Assembly (NCBI GenBank): GCA_951406725.2
Contig: OX597822.1
Span: 19,592,001 to 19,656,000 of the forward strand
Reading direction: 5' to 3'
Source of the DNA: Octopus vulgaris
Lineage: Eukaryota
Length of the DNA: 64,000 nucleotides
Part shown: positions 23,692 through 36,704 of the stretch, piece by piece
Position numbering within the stretch: the first letter of the stretch is position 1
How the letters are laid out: every line of letters starts with the position of its first letter
The notes under the pieces: model-generated
What the model was told of the DNA's origin: nothing
Databases searched by the model: none
What the model saw: the letters and a program-made list of their open reading frames with translations, nothing else
Made by a program: the position numbers and the translations under genes

Positions 23692-26466
23692 AATTGAGAT
23701 AGGGGTTGTAAATGCAACCCTCCATGGGATAATGTATATCTAATATACTGCTAGTGAAGTACCCAACAAAGTTAATACATAAGTGTTAATGATTGCGATG
23801 CAATCAATTCATTTACTGTATTATATGGGCAAAGGTAAAATGATTTACCACAAATTACTAATACAAGATAAGAAAATGGAGAAATACATCTAAATCAAAT
23901 ATCAATTACCAGATAATACTCATGTCTCATTTTTCCAATATTAGCCTTTTATGGTAGGTCAATATATAGATATAAATGAGACATTTACAAAAATATCATA
24001 AGGCCTCTTCGGAGATTATGTAATATCACACGTCCCTCTCACACACACAATCACCAAGATACACACAAGAACACGCATACAAGTACATGCGAATGTCCGC
24101 AAGCACACGTTGATGTACACGCACAAACTCCGGTGCAGCGCCACCCGAGCCCACGCCTGTGCCACAGAAATCGCACAACCCCCAACAAAACCCCCCCAAA
24201 AAACCCACCTTATATGCTCATCGAGATAAACAACTTATAGTAATTATAGACTCTCACATATTACATATTGGTATAGCAAAAACTCAAACTAGTGCCCTAA
24301 GATATGATGTGCATATACATCTTACACCTATAAAAGACTCTGTGGGGTTCCGAATATCATGCATATATCAGGATAACTATATATTTTTGTATGGGTTTTT
24401 TTTTTTTACGGTTGGTTTGTTGATGGTTGTGCGATTTCTGCGGCACAGGCGTGGGCTCGGGTGGCGCTGCACCGGAGTTTGTGTGCCAGCGTATGCGTGC
24501 GCGTCTGTGCATGTACATCAACGTGTGTACTCTCGCGCGCTGTGCTTGTGGACATTCGCGTGTACTTGTATGCGTGTTCTTGTGTGTATCTTGGTGATCG
24601 TGTGTGCGAGAGGGACGTGTGAGGGTGTGCCCGGCCATGAACTCGCGTGTCCGTGCGGGGGCGTGCATGCACATGTATGTGCATGTGGGTGCATTCCGGC
24701 GTATCCACTTATACTTACTATATTAGGTTTATCTTTGTGCCCTCCTTAATTTGTATTCCATTTTATTTATCTATCTATCTATACATGGATATATATATAT
24801 ATATTCATATTTATTTATTTAATTATTTATTTTTGTTTATTTGGCACTTACTAATCTATAATTAATTTAATTTATAATTAATAAACTTATTCTAAATTAA
24901 CAGTAACTTCTGTAGGTGTGTGAAAATGTGTATGTATACGTATGTATGTTTTTGTACATATAGGTATGATCGTGGGTGGATGTACAGATGTATGTTTTTA
25001 TTACACATATGAGCACGCAGGTGCGTACTTGGATATGTATATATGTATATGCGAATATTTATTCTTGGGTGGATATAAATATAGATTTTATTTGTACGTA
25101 TGAGTGCGTAGATATATATTTAAATATATATATATATATATATGTGTGCGAAAGTTCCCTGACACAGTATAGGAAAGTGTATTAATATTTATGCGTATAT
25201 GCGGATGTGCGTGTGAGTGTGTGTGTTAGTGTGAGACACTGCTGCCAGTACTGATATGTCTATAAGCCATGCGATGACAGACATGCACTCTGCAATTTAG
25301 TGAATGTGTAGAGATGTGTCGGGGTGTATTCATGTGTGTGTGAGTTTCTGTGTGGATGTATGGGTTTAGGGTTAGATGTGGATGTGTATGTTTTGCTTGT
25401 GCGGGATGGTGGAGGTCAGGCGGCTCTAAATTGACCAACCGCAAGGAAGATAATGATAATTTTAAATTCAAATCCAATAGTGTATTTATGTTATAAGGAA
25501 AATTACTAACTGGAACCCGGACATACATATATACCACTCTGGATCCTAATGTAAGCGTTATTAATAATATTATGAATGATAATAATGGTAACATTAATGG
25601 TATTGACAACGATAATGATGCTAACTTTAATGACACTTTAGAAATTAGTATGAAGTAATATAATGTACTATTGACTATGTATATTTGCATCTCGGTACTA
25701 ATTTGTGTATGTTTATTATCACAATATTAAGTCGAAAAACTGAGACATTGAATGTAGAACACATATATATGTTTACTAATTTATATTATTTATTTATATT
25801 ATTATGTATATGTATATTTTTATATGTATAAGAGTGTGAGTATATGCACTCATATCCCTCTCTCTCTTTCGGAGAGGCACAAGCACCTACACGCACATAT
25901 ACACACACGGCAGTTACTTCCACCTACCGAATTCAATCACAAAGCTCCGGTCGGCTTGGGGCTATAGTGGAAGACACCTACCCAAAGTGCCACGCAGTGG
26001 GACTGAACCCGAAACCATGTAGCTAGGAAGCAAGCTCTCTAACCACACAGCCATATATGTATATGTTGTATTATGGGTATGCACCCACACACATGTGGGT
26101 ATATATGTAGACTGATTTATATTACATAATCTCCGAAGAGGCCTTATGATATTTTTGTAAATGTCTCATTTATATCTATATATTGACCTACCATAAAAGG
26201 CTAATATTGGTAAAATGAAACATACTTATCTACATGGCCGAAACAGCTGTAAGATGTAATCTATACTTATATTTATATTTACTTATATTTATATTCTCTT
26301 TTATATATATTCTACTTATTATACAACATTACTCTTTTATGTACACTTTTTTATGTACATTCCTTTATGTACACTGATTTGTTCTGCTTTTTATATTTAA
26401 CCCTACAGTCTCTTATGTGGTGGTTTAATAAAGTATGTGATTGAGTATTATCTGGTAATTGATATT
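23692..26466 (+). mobile_element. Composite non-autonomous Penelope-like element with inverted terminal copy
   Basis: 23920-24025 is the reverse complement of 26119-26223; 24026-24210 is the inverse of about 24390-24625; end homologous to 8519-8720; cut at 26466 by an RTE insertion. Confidence 0.65.
26129..26255 (+). ncRNA. Type I hammerhead motif, U4C core variant
   Basis: AUCU-CCGAAGA-GGCC-[92 nt]-GGCC-GAAAC-AGCU-GUA-AGAU; stem I extendable through a bulge (AUUAC/GUAAU). Confidence 0.65.
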
Positions 26467-27619
26467 CACCCCCACTACTGACTTGGTCACCTAGATCTCC
26501 CCCACTACTGACTTGATCTAGGTGACCAAGTCAGTAGTGAGGGTGGGTGCGTTGAAAGTGTAACTGCTAGAATAAGAATAGCCTGGGCAAAGTTTAGGGA
26601 GCTCTTACCTCTGCTGGTGACTAAAGGTCTCTCGCTCAGAGTAAAAGGCAGACTGTATGATGCATGTGTACGAACAGCCATGCTACATGGCAGTGAAACA
26701 TGGGCCGTGACTGCTGAAGATATGCGTAAGCTCGCGAGGAATGAAGCCAGTATGCTCCGATGGATGTGTAATGTCAGTGTACATACTCGACAGAATGTTA
26801 GTACCTTGAGAGAAATGTACCTAAGAAGCATCAGTTGTGGTGTGCAAGAAAGACGATTGCGCTGGTATGGTCATGTGGCGAGAATGGATGAAGATAGTTG
26901 TGTGAAAAAGTGCCAATCCCTAGCAGTTGAGGGAACCCGTGGAAGAGGTAGACCCAGGAAAACCTGGGACGAGGTGGTGAAGCACGACCTTCGAACTTTA
27001 GGCCTCACTGAGGAAATGACCAGCGACCGAGACCTTTGGAAATATGCTGTATGTGAGAAGACCAGGCAGGACAAGTGAGCCCAGCCCACTTATGCATGCC
27101 TTTCCTCCCTTGGACACAAAGACCTGTTGAGGCAAGCGAAGTTGATATCGAACCTCATCCGACGACAGGCACCCATGCCAACCCCCTCTGCTTGTGAAGA
27201 CATGTTGGGGCAAGTGAAATCGAAATCGGAATCGGAATCGAAATTGAACCAATCCTATGACTGGCACCCGGCAGATGCCAGGACCCCTGGACTGGTAGTA
27301 CGTAAAAAGCACTATCCGAATCGTGGCCGATGCAGCGCCACCTCGACTGGCTTCCGTGCCGGTGGCACGTAAAATGCACCAATCCGACCGTGGCCGTTGT
27401 CAGCCTAGCCTGGCACCTGTGCGGGTGGCGCGTAAAAAGCACCCACTACACTCACGGAGTGGTTGGCGTTAGGAAAGGGCATCCAGCTGTAGAAACATTG
27501 CCAGATAAGACTGGAGCCTGGTGCAGCCTTCTGGCTTCCCAGATCCCCGGTCGAACCGTCCAACCCATGCTAGCATGGAGTACGGACGTTAAACGATGAT
27601 GATGATGATGATGATGATG
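26466..27619 (+). mobile_element. RTE LINE family A 3' fragment with 5' inversion
   Basis: ORF 26617-27078 nearly identical to the C-terminus of the other copies; 26466-26515 holds two inverted pieces of 26517-26550. Confidence 0.93.
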
Positions 27620-27640
27620 TATGTCTCCATTTTCTTATCT

Positions 27641-27695
<55 letters not shown>

Positions 27696-27724
27696 TCACA
27701 CACACACACTGTCTTCTCTTTTAG

Positions 27725-28005
27725 AAATCGAAGTAATTCTGCACGCAGTTCCCGATTTGAACAGTCTTCCTCTTGTGAAAGTCTCAACTGTATGACTCTA
27801 CGGAATCGGTCTTCTTCTCGAGAGCGAAGTAGTTCGCGTGAGCGTCCGACACTACGTAGAAAACAATCTAATTCCAAAGAAAGAAAATGTTCCAGAGATG
27901 GAGTTTACTCTTGTAGCCATGACAACAATATGAATTCTTCCAGAAACAGCGCAAATTCTACTGGATCTCATAAGAATTACAGAAGTCGTACTCCTTCACC
28001 ATACA
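27725..28005 (+). CDS. CCDC61: CCDC61 exon (R/S-rich, NRSNSAR..RSRTPSPY)
   Basis: cttttag acceptor, GTGAGT donor, open frame, phases 2/1 fit. Confidence 0.88.
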
Positions 28006-29312
28006 GTGAGTTTTGAATTTAAAACACTTCTTTGCCTTGATCTGATTGGCTGAGTTGATAAAGTATCAGCCAATCAACCACAACGATTTGTATCCAGTTT
28101 ACTTGTGTCACATTGTACCTTTTGCATATGGAGACACTTAATCCTTTTACTACTGTAATTCTGTTTAAATATCTTGTCTTTGTTTGAACAAATTTTGAAA
28201 CTAATGAAAAACTTAGTAAAATAATTTTGCTATTATTAAGCTGGTGTTTAGAACATAAATAACATGAAATATTAATGGATTGTTTTTAATTTAAATGACT
28301 TAAAAACAGAAAATTTGTATCATAGCCCCAGGGATGGTCTCAGGCAAGTTGAGTCTGAATATCTCAGTCCCTGTGGGAAACATAGATTCCATAGGGATAT
28401 TCAGTTCATTTCTATCAGTAGTGCACTGGTGGTATTGGGGGAGGGGAGAGTCATGTGAAGATTATTGGTGTAGACCCTTCTAGGGTGTCAGTGGCGGGTG
28501 CTATAGTCGCTTGGTGTTCAGAATTGAAATCTCTCCTCTTTTGTGATTTTGAATGGAACTGCCTGCCTTGACTGTGTTACATAGTGACCAAATTCACACA
28601 GTATCGTTCCCCAAAACATATCTGTAACTACATATCTGTGTGGTAAGAAGCTTGCTTCCCAACCTTGGGCAAGTGTCTTCTACTATAGCCTCAGGCCAAC
28701 CAAAGCCTTATGAGTGGATTTGGTTGACAGAAGCTGAAAGAAGCCTGTTGTGTGTATATATATGTATATGTGTGTGTGTGTGTGTCTATGTTTTTACACC
28801 CCCGCCAGAGTTCGGCAACCACTGTTGGTATGTTTATGTCGCCATACAGTACCAGGCTTAAAAAAGTGAGCACTGAGGTCAATTTGTTTAACTAAAAAAT
28901 TCCCAAGGTGATACCTCAGCGTGGACACAGTCTAATGACTGAAACAAGTAACTTATATATAGGAATTTCCAGACAAAATTTAATTTGTTTATGAATGCCT
29001 GTTTTCAAACTGATGAATGTTCTGAAACAGTTATTGCTGATAATATGAAGCAATGAAATTTCAAGCACCAAGAAACTTTTCTTTTAGTATTTTTACACAC
29101 CCTTGTTCAACTCATTGACTGTTGCTGGTTTTGTACCATAAACTTTACCTTTTAAGTATTTCCATAAAAAAAAAGCAACAAAAAACTAGTGGTGTAATGT
29201 GGTGTGTTTATAATGTGCATGGTTTATTGATGAAAGGGGACTTGGGACAAGTCTTCAAATCCTCTTATATATAATGTGTATGTGTGCCTGTATATATATC
29301 ATCATCATTTAA

Positions 29313-29532
29313 CCCTTTCATTACTGTATTTATTTTGAGGTGCTCTGTGTTTCTTTCAATTACTTTAAATATAACAAAGAATTTAGTAAACTAACTTAAT
29401 TATCATTCAGCTGGTGTTAGGAGCATTAATTGTGACTAAGATTTGGTGGAAGATTTTAATTCAAAACTTATGAAAACTAGACATTTGTACTCAGAACCAG
29501 AGCCAGTTTCAGCCGGGTTTGTAACAAAAGGG
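29313..29532. mobile_element. TTAA-flanked MITE (piggyBac-like termini)
   Basis: TTAA|CCCTTTCATTAC...GTAACAAAAGGG|TTAA; related decayed elements near 28140-28350, 44597-44825, 57484-57670 and 60960-61162. Confidence 0.7.
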
Positions 29533-29927
29533 TTAACATATGTTTCCATGTGGGTATGAATTGGATGGTCCGACAGGAGCTGGGAAGTCGGAGATTGTAC
29601 CAGATGCTTTTTGTCTGTTTTATCATGGTTTCTACTGCTGGATGCCTTTCCTAAAACCAACCACTTTAGAGTGTACTGGACGCTTTTTATGTGACACTAG
29701 CACAGATGCTCTTTTTCATAACACCAGTGCTGGTGCTTTTTACATGGTATCAGCACCAGTGGGGTCACCAAGTGTCTTGCAAGAAAGACCTCTCTGCTGA
29801 GAGAAGGAGTGGAACTGAGGGAAGTGGGTGTGTACCAGGTAAGTGGTTAGAGTATAATAGAGTAACAGAGATAGTTGTCTCACTATTGAGGAGATATATG
29901 TATATAGTTTCCATTTCTTTTTTCTAG

Positions 29928-30003
29928 CAACATTCCGCAGGTTTGATCCAACAGCTTATATTAAAGAACAAGAAAGGAAAAAAGAAGAAATTCAAAGACG
30001 AAA
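29928..30003 (+). CDS. CCDC61: CCDC61 exon (TFRRFDPTAYIKEQERKKEEIQRRK)
   Basis: ttttctag acceptor, GTAAGT donor; conserved RFDPTA motif. Confidence 0.93.
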
Positions 30004-30100
30004 GTAAGTATTACTTCTACTTATTATTTCCATTAATAATGAAAGTGCATTTGGTTTTAATGTATTAAGATAACTTAATAATCTTGTAAATATTTTACTA

Positions 30101-30514
30101 TTACAATGGAAAATGCAGACACAGGGGGGGGGGGGGCTAATAATCTTAAGTTATTACACCTGGAAAAGTACAGGGCAAGCATATTTATACTTAAAATATT
30201 GCAGCTGTAGTTAAAATTTAAATAGATATTTAAATTTAAAAGCTAAAAATAATAGCTTTTATTAGCTACTCTTTAATTAAAAAGTAACTCAAATAATAAA
30301 AAAAAATTTCAGTAGCCCCATTAAAAATGTGCCTCCACCTTTTAATTATAGAGTAGCTAATAAAAGCTATTATTTGTAGTTTTTAAATCTAAATATATTT
30401 TAAAATTTTAACTATAGTTGCAATATTTTAAGTATAAATATGCTTGTCCAGTACTTTTCTAGGTTTAATAACTTAAGAATATTAACCTCCAGGTGTCTAC
30501 ATTTTTCATTGTAA
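30101..30514. repeat. Long fold-back inverted repeat (arms about 175 bp)
   Basis: 30101-30282 is an imperfect reverse complement of 30340-30514. Confidence 0.85.
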
Positions 30515-31180
30515 TCCACTTTTTTCCCAAGCAATGCAATTAAACTAATAAATTGTGACAATTAATAATTTATAATTTTACCTGATTAAAAATTTTTCAT
30601 TTTATTTAATACTTTGGTTAAATAATTTTTTCAATTATTTTTCATGTTTGATGATTGAATTAAAATAAGAGTACATATAAATTTAAATAAATAAAAAGTG
30701 AATTGTAAGAGCACTTTACACTGGCTCATGATAAAATCAAAAATTGAGATAAAAAGAGAGAGAAATCTTGCAGAAATCTTTCTACTATAGGCACAAACCC
30801 TAGCATCACTTTTTTTTCTTTCACTTTTTACCTCATACCTTTTTTCTATAAATTTTATTTAATAAAATTAGCATTTTTAGATTCATCTCATTTTGATTTA
30901 TCATTTGAGCCTAAATAAAATATAGATTGCTTTTAAATTAAGTTTTTTGAAGTCAAAGTGACTTGAAGGCGTTACGTTTTTTCGGCACTTTTGGCTTCAC
31001 AACTTCTTTATATTAAAGATTCTTTTGATAAAATCAACATTTTTAGATTCCTCTCGTTTCAAGAAAGTTACTTTGATTCAAATTCAATTTTTTGCCTTAC
31101 ACTCCATTTTTGGACCTCACATATTTTAACGTAACTTTTTCTACTAAACCAAATCTCAATATTTTCATGCCAAAATGTAG

Positions 31181-31236
31181 CTTGGGCAATGATTATTATA
31201 GAACTGTTAACAGTTCTGGATTTGGTTGTGAAATGA
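31181..31236 (+). CDS. Possible additional CCDC61 exon (LGNDYYRTVNSSGFGCEM)
   Basis: TAG acceptor with weak pyrimidine tract, GTTAGT donor; phase 2 in and 1 out would link 30003 to the 40623 acceptor. Confidence 0.3.
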
Positions 31237-31566
31237 GTTAGTGACAAAGCTTTGAAGAAACTGCGAGTGAGTAAATATTGGCCTTAAGAATACTATTCAA
31301 CCTTGGTAGTGATTGAATGGTATTTATCTCATTAATGCTCTTAAGGAAAAGCTTGAACATCACACAATCTTATTTCCACTCTTTACATATCTGATCACTC
31401 ACACTTATGTCCAATATAGCTTTATCTTGATTAAAGTCCAATAATTAAAGGGGGAACAAATTGAGGGAATTGTAACAAACACTCACATATACATACACAT
31501 TCATTTCCACATATGTACATTCACTCACAGCTACTCTCATATACATATATACATATGTATTTATAT

Positions 31567-31791
31567 ATTCTTTTATTCTTTTACTTGTTTTAGTCGTTTG
31601 ACTGGCCATGCTGGAGCATTGTCTTTAGTCAAACAAATCGATCCCAGGACTTATTCTTTGTAAGCCTAGTACTTATTCTATTAGTCTTTTGCTGACCTGC
31701 TAAGTTATGGGGACGTAATTACACCAGTATTGGTTATCAAGCGACAGTGGGGGGGGGGGGAGACAAACACAGACACACAAACATACACATA

Positions 31792-31828
<37 letters not shown>

Positions 31829-31985
31829 CAGGCTTCTTTCAGTCTCCATCTACCAAATCCACTCACAAGGCTTTGGTTGGCCCGAGGCTGTAGTAGAAGA
31901 CACTTGCCTAAGGTGCCACACAATGGGACTGAACCCTGAACCACGTGGTTGCTAAGCAAGCTACTTACCACACAGCCATTCCTGC
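31567..31985 (-). mobile_element. CORE-like SINE with tail B
   Basis: Reverse complement of the 54759-55163 element. Confidence 0.85.
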
Positions 31986-32128
31986 AGGATCCAATAGAAT
32001 CAAGGTATTTTGATAACGAATAACAATTTCACTTGAGGAAAAGGATTTTTTTACATGATGTAATTGTTTTGTTCATCAATAAAAACACATGTCTGAAACA
32101 GGTGTAATGAACCTCATTCCTTTTGTTG

Positions 32129-35100
32129 TCATCATCCTCATCATCGTTTAACATCCGTACTCCATGCTAGCATGGGTTGGACGGTTCGACCAGGGATCTG
32201 GGAAGCCAGAAGGCTGCACCAGGCTCCAGTCTTATCTGACAATGTTTCTACAGCTGGATGCCCTTCCTAATGCCAACCACTCCGTGAGTGTAGTGGGTGC
32301 TTTTTATGTGCCACCCGCACAGGTGCCAGGCGAGACTGGCAACGGCCATGGTCGGATTGGTGCATTTTACGTGCCACCGGCACGGAAGCCAGTCGAGGCG
32401 GCGCTGGCATCAGCCACGATTCGGATAGTGCTTTTTACGTACTACCAGTCCAGGGGTCCTGGCATCTGCCGGGTGCCAGTCATAGGATTGGTTCGATTCC
32501 GATTTCGATTTCACTTGCCCCAACATGTCTTCGCAAGCAGAGGGGGTTGGCATGGGTGCCTGTCGTCGGATGAGGTTCGATATCAACTTCACTTGCCTCA
32601 ACAGGTCTCTGTGTCCAAGGGAGGAAAGGCATGCATAAGTGGGCTGGGCTCACTTGTCCTGCCTGGTCTTCTCACGTACAGCATATTTCCAAAGGTCTCG
32701 GTCGCTGGTCATTTCCTCAGTGAGGCCTAAAGTTCGAAGGTCGTGCTTCACCACCTCGTCCCAGGTTTTCCTGGGTCTACCTCTTCCACGGGTTCCCTCA
32801 ACTGCTAGGGATTGGCACTTTTTCACACAACCTATCTTCATCCATTCTCGCCACATGACCATACCAGCGCAATCGTCTTTCTTGCACACCACAACTGATG
32901 CTTCTTAGGTACAACATTTCTCTCAAGGTACTAACATTCTGTCGAGTATGTACACTGACATTACACATCCATCGGAGCATACTGGCTTCATTCCTCGCGA
33001 GCTTACGCATATCTTCAGCAGTCACGGCCCATGTTTCACTGCCATGTAGCATGGCTGTTCGTACACATGCATCATACAGTCTGCCTTTTACTCTGAGCGA
33101 GAGACCTTTAGTCACCAGCAGAGGTAAGAGCTCCCTAAACTTTGCCCAGGCTATTCTTATTCTAGCAGTTACACTTTCAACGCACCCACCCCCACTACTG
33201 ACTTGGTCACCTAGATAACGGAAGCTATCAACTACTTCTAGTTTTTCCCCCTGGAAAGTGATGGAAGTTGTTTTCTGCAGATTTTCGGAGGTTAATGCTC
33301 CCGAGCATCTGCCACATACAAAAACTATCTTCCCAGTTAGCCTACCTTTGACATTGCTGCACCTCTTATGTGTCCATAGCTTACACTGGGTACATCTTAT
33401 AGAGTTTCTACCTACACTTTTTCTACAGATCGAGCAGGGCCATCTTCCTGAAGACATTTGTGGATTGGCTACCTTTGTACTTATTAGTACTTTGGTTTTA
33501 GCTAGGTTGACTCTAAGGCCCCTCGATTCTAAACCCTCCTTCCACACCTGGAACTTCTCTTCCAGTTCTGATAGTGACTCAGCAATTAGAGCAAGGTCGT
33601 CAGCATAGAGGAGCTCCCAGGGGCAACCTGTCTTGAATTCCTCCGTAATTGCCTGGAGGACTATGATAAATAGGAGGGGGCTGAGTACTGAACCCTGGTG
33701 GACCCCAACCTCTACTTTGAATTCTTCTGTGTACATGTTGCCAACCCTAACCTTACTTACGGCATCTCTGTACATGGCTTGCATAGCCCTCACTAGCCAT
33801 TCATCTATCCCTAGTTTCCTCATTGACCACCAGACAAGGGATCGGGGGACCCTGTCAAAGGCTTTCTCCATGTCAACGAAAGCCAGGTACAGGGGCTTAT
33901 CTTTGGCTAGGTATTTCTCCTGCAGCTGCCTTACCAGGAATATAGCATCAGTGGTACTTTTCCCTGGCACAAACCCAAACTGCATCTCATCTGAACTAAC
34001 TCTCTCTCTAATTAGTTGGGCTATGACCCTCTCCGTAACCTTCATTACCTGATCCAACAGCTTGATACCTCTGTAATTATGTGTATCTAGGGCGTCACCT
34101 TTACCTTTGTAGCAGTTGACTAGTATGCTGCTACACCAGTCATTGGGTATGACTCCTTCGTGTATCACCTGGTTGACTATACGGGTGACTAGGTTATGGT
34201 CGACACTGCCAGATATTTTGAGCATCTCTGCAGTAATTCCTGATGGGCCTGGGGATTTCCCTGTCTTCATGCTTCTAATTGCTTTAACTACCAAAGAATT
34301 GTCAACTCGGATGGCTGGTCCCTCTGTTGGGTTGACATTCGGCAGACTCTCTTTATCCCATTCATTTTCTTTATTCAGCAACCTTTCATAGTGGCATCTC
34401 CAAACCTCTCTGTTTGCATCCTCATTTAGCGCAAGTGAACCATCATCCATGTGGACACATTTCTCTCCTACCACATCACGATTCTCTCTCACACACTGTC
34501 TTGCAACACGAAATACCTCAAGTCTTTCATCCTCACGGCTCAGAACATTGGCAAATTTTTTCTTATCCGCTTCCCCTCTGGCTAAATAAACCTGTCTCCT
34601 AGCTTCCCTTCTGGCTGTCTGATACAATTCCCTGCTACCACCGTTCTTCCAGTCCTTCCAAGCCTGTCTCTTTTGTCTAATAGCCCTGTCAACCACAGTG
34701 TTCCACCACCACGTTACTCTGGGTCGAGATGGTACTTTGCTCCATCTACAGATCTGGTCAGTGGCTGTCAGCAGATTGTCCCGTAGAAATCTCCAGTTGT
34801 CTTCCACATTAAGTGAAGCTATATCCCCTTCTATTTCGTCAAAGGCTTCGAGTAGTATGTCTCTAAATCTCTGTCCATTTGCAGGATCTTTTAGCTTCCA
34901 GACCCTTCTCCTCCAAGCAGGTCTTCTTCTGGGCAACCATTTAGCTCTGATCCTGAAGTCGCTAACTACTAATCTATGTTGAGGAGTACATTCTTCGCCT
35001 GGAAAGGTTTTGGCATTTATAAGCAGCCCTCTTTCCCTTTTTCTGGCAAGGATGTAGTCAATCTGGCTAGTGTGTCTGCAAGAACGGTAGGTGACTAGGT

Positions 35101-35164
35101 GAGAGGTGGGTTTCCTGAAGTTGGTATTGCAGACCATAAGGTCATTTGCATCACAGAACTCCAG
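32129..35164 (-). mobile_element. RTE LINE family A, longest copy (partial APE, RT, PHD, C-terminus)
   Basis: 796-aa ORF with the end of the APE domain (SQIDYIL, PQHRLVV) and RT motifs; one frameshift near 32830; 5' truncation at (CA)n. Confidence 0.96.
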
Positions 35165-35338
35165 ATATACACACACACACACACACACACACTTTTAAAA
35201 AAGCTGAAAAAATTTTCACAAGCTGTTACTCAGAGTTTCACATTACTGTTTATTGGACAGTTGTGATCATACTAAATTACTTTACCTTTGAGTACCTGTT
35301 TTGTTCCACCTTGTTTATGTGCTTACATGTATGTGTGT

Positions 35339-35391
<53 letters not shown>

Positions 35392-35394
<3 letters not shown>

Positions 35395-36704
35395 TAGTGG
35401 GCATGGTTCCACTAATCTGCTAACAGCTAATTAGCGAAGCTAGCTCTTTGTTTTGCAGTTTAGCATTTTCGCTAACTTTGGAAACTGTTAGCGGACCAAT
35501 TAGCTTCTGCTAAATTTAGTTCTGCTAACTTTAAGTCTGCTAACAAAATTTATACATTTGTTCCTGTTTGTTGTTGGTGTGTCTTGAAGAGTCCATCAAG
35601 CACATTATTGACTGACTACATGTTCATGTAACAAGATGTGATTGGTTGATGCAGCTGCAGCTAGCTGAACAGCATTGTGTGTGTGTGTGGAGGCGCAATG
35701 GCCCAGTGGTAAGGTCAGCGGATCTGCGGTCGGAGGATCGCGGTTTTAATTCCCAGACCGGGCGTTGTGTGTGCCTATTGAGCGAAAACACCTAAAGCTC
35801 CATGAGGCTCCGGCAGGGGGTGGTGGCGACCTCTGTTGTACTCTTTCGTTCCAACTTTCTCTCACTCTTTCCTCCTGTTTCTTGTCCTCGACTTCCTACG
35901 CAACTGCTGAGCCTGGATGCGCATTCATCCATCCGTCGATGTTCTCGGTGTCGGGGTTGACCTGCTTTCTCTTCTGCGGGATCTTACGAATAGCAAAGGA
36001 CCACGTTTCGGACTTCTCCCACTAATGGGACGAAGACCGCTTTGCTCAACAAACAAACAAAGCAGCATTGTGTAATTCTGCAGTGTTGAGTTGTGTTCAC
36101 TTACAATGTTGTCACATTACAGACAGTCTTACAGTGTCAGTGACATACAGTGTATGTTATTAGCTTATCAAGTTATTGTTTATCGTTATGGAAGATGAAG
36201 ATGTTTTTGTTTGGCCTGAGGATGAAGGGCCTGTTGAGGAGTCTGCAATGGCTATGGATGAGGCAGCAGTCATTCAGATTGAGAGACAGGAGTCTCAGAA
36301 CCTGTGGTCCAACTTGGAGGACTACTTTGTTTGTTGTTACATCAAGGGATAAGAGGAACACCAAAATACTGTACTTCCGGTGCATCATATGCCAGCCCAA
36401 GGAGACAAGTGGCAAGCCACTACAATTTGAAGTTGCATGTCAAGAGGAAACACCCAGCGCATGCCGTCCAGTTTGAGGAAAGGAGTTAGGCTGGCTCTTT
36501 CCATGGGAAACACAGGCAATCTTCTTGTAGCAGTGCCAGTAGCCAGTATCTAGGCTGGTGTGCTAAACAAAAAAGTACACCAGCCTAGCATTGGCAAGAT
36601 GTTTGCCCAAACTGCTGGCACTGGCATCCATCGGTCTGTGATGGACCGAAGGATTGTAGACCTGTTTGTCAACAACATGCTACTGCTGCATGTAGTGGAG
36701 TTCC
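35392..36704 (+). mobile_element. hAT transposon 5' part with BED finger remnant
   Basis: Terminus CAGTAGTGGGCA with gctaa-rich subterminal repeats; FRCIICQPK..YNLKLHVKRKH; VDLFVNNMLLLHVVE; interrupted by a SINE and a Penelope-like element. Confidence 0.65.
35688..36062 (+). mobile_element. tRNA-derived SINE, same head as 10016-10277, different tail ending (AAAC)n
   Basis: TSD cagcattgtgt at 35670-35680 and 36063-36073. Confidence 0.8.

Noticed and set aside
29010-29045. CTGATGA...GAAAC hammerhead-like match
   Set aside because: No stem II, no NUH triplet after stem III and no stem I
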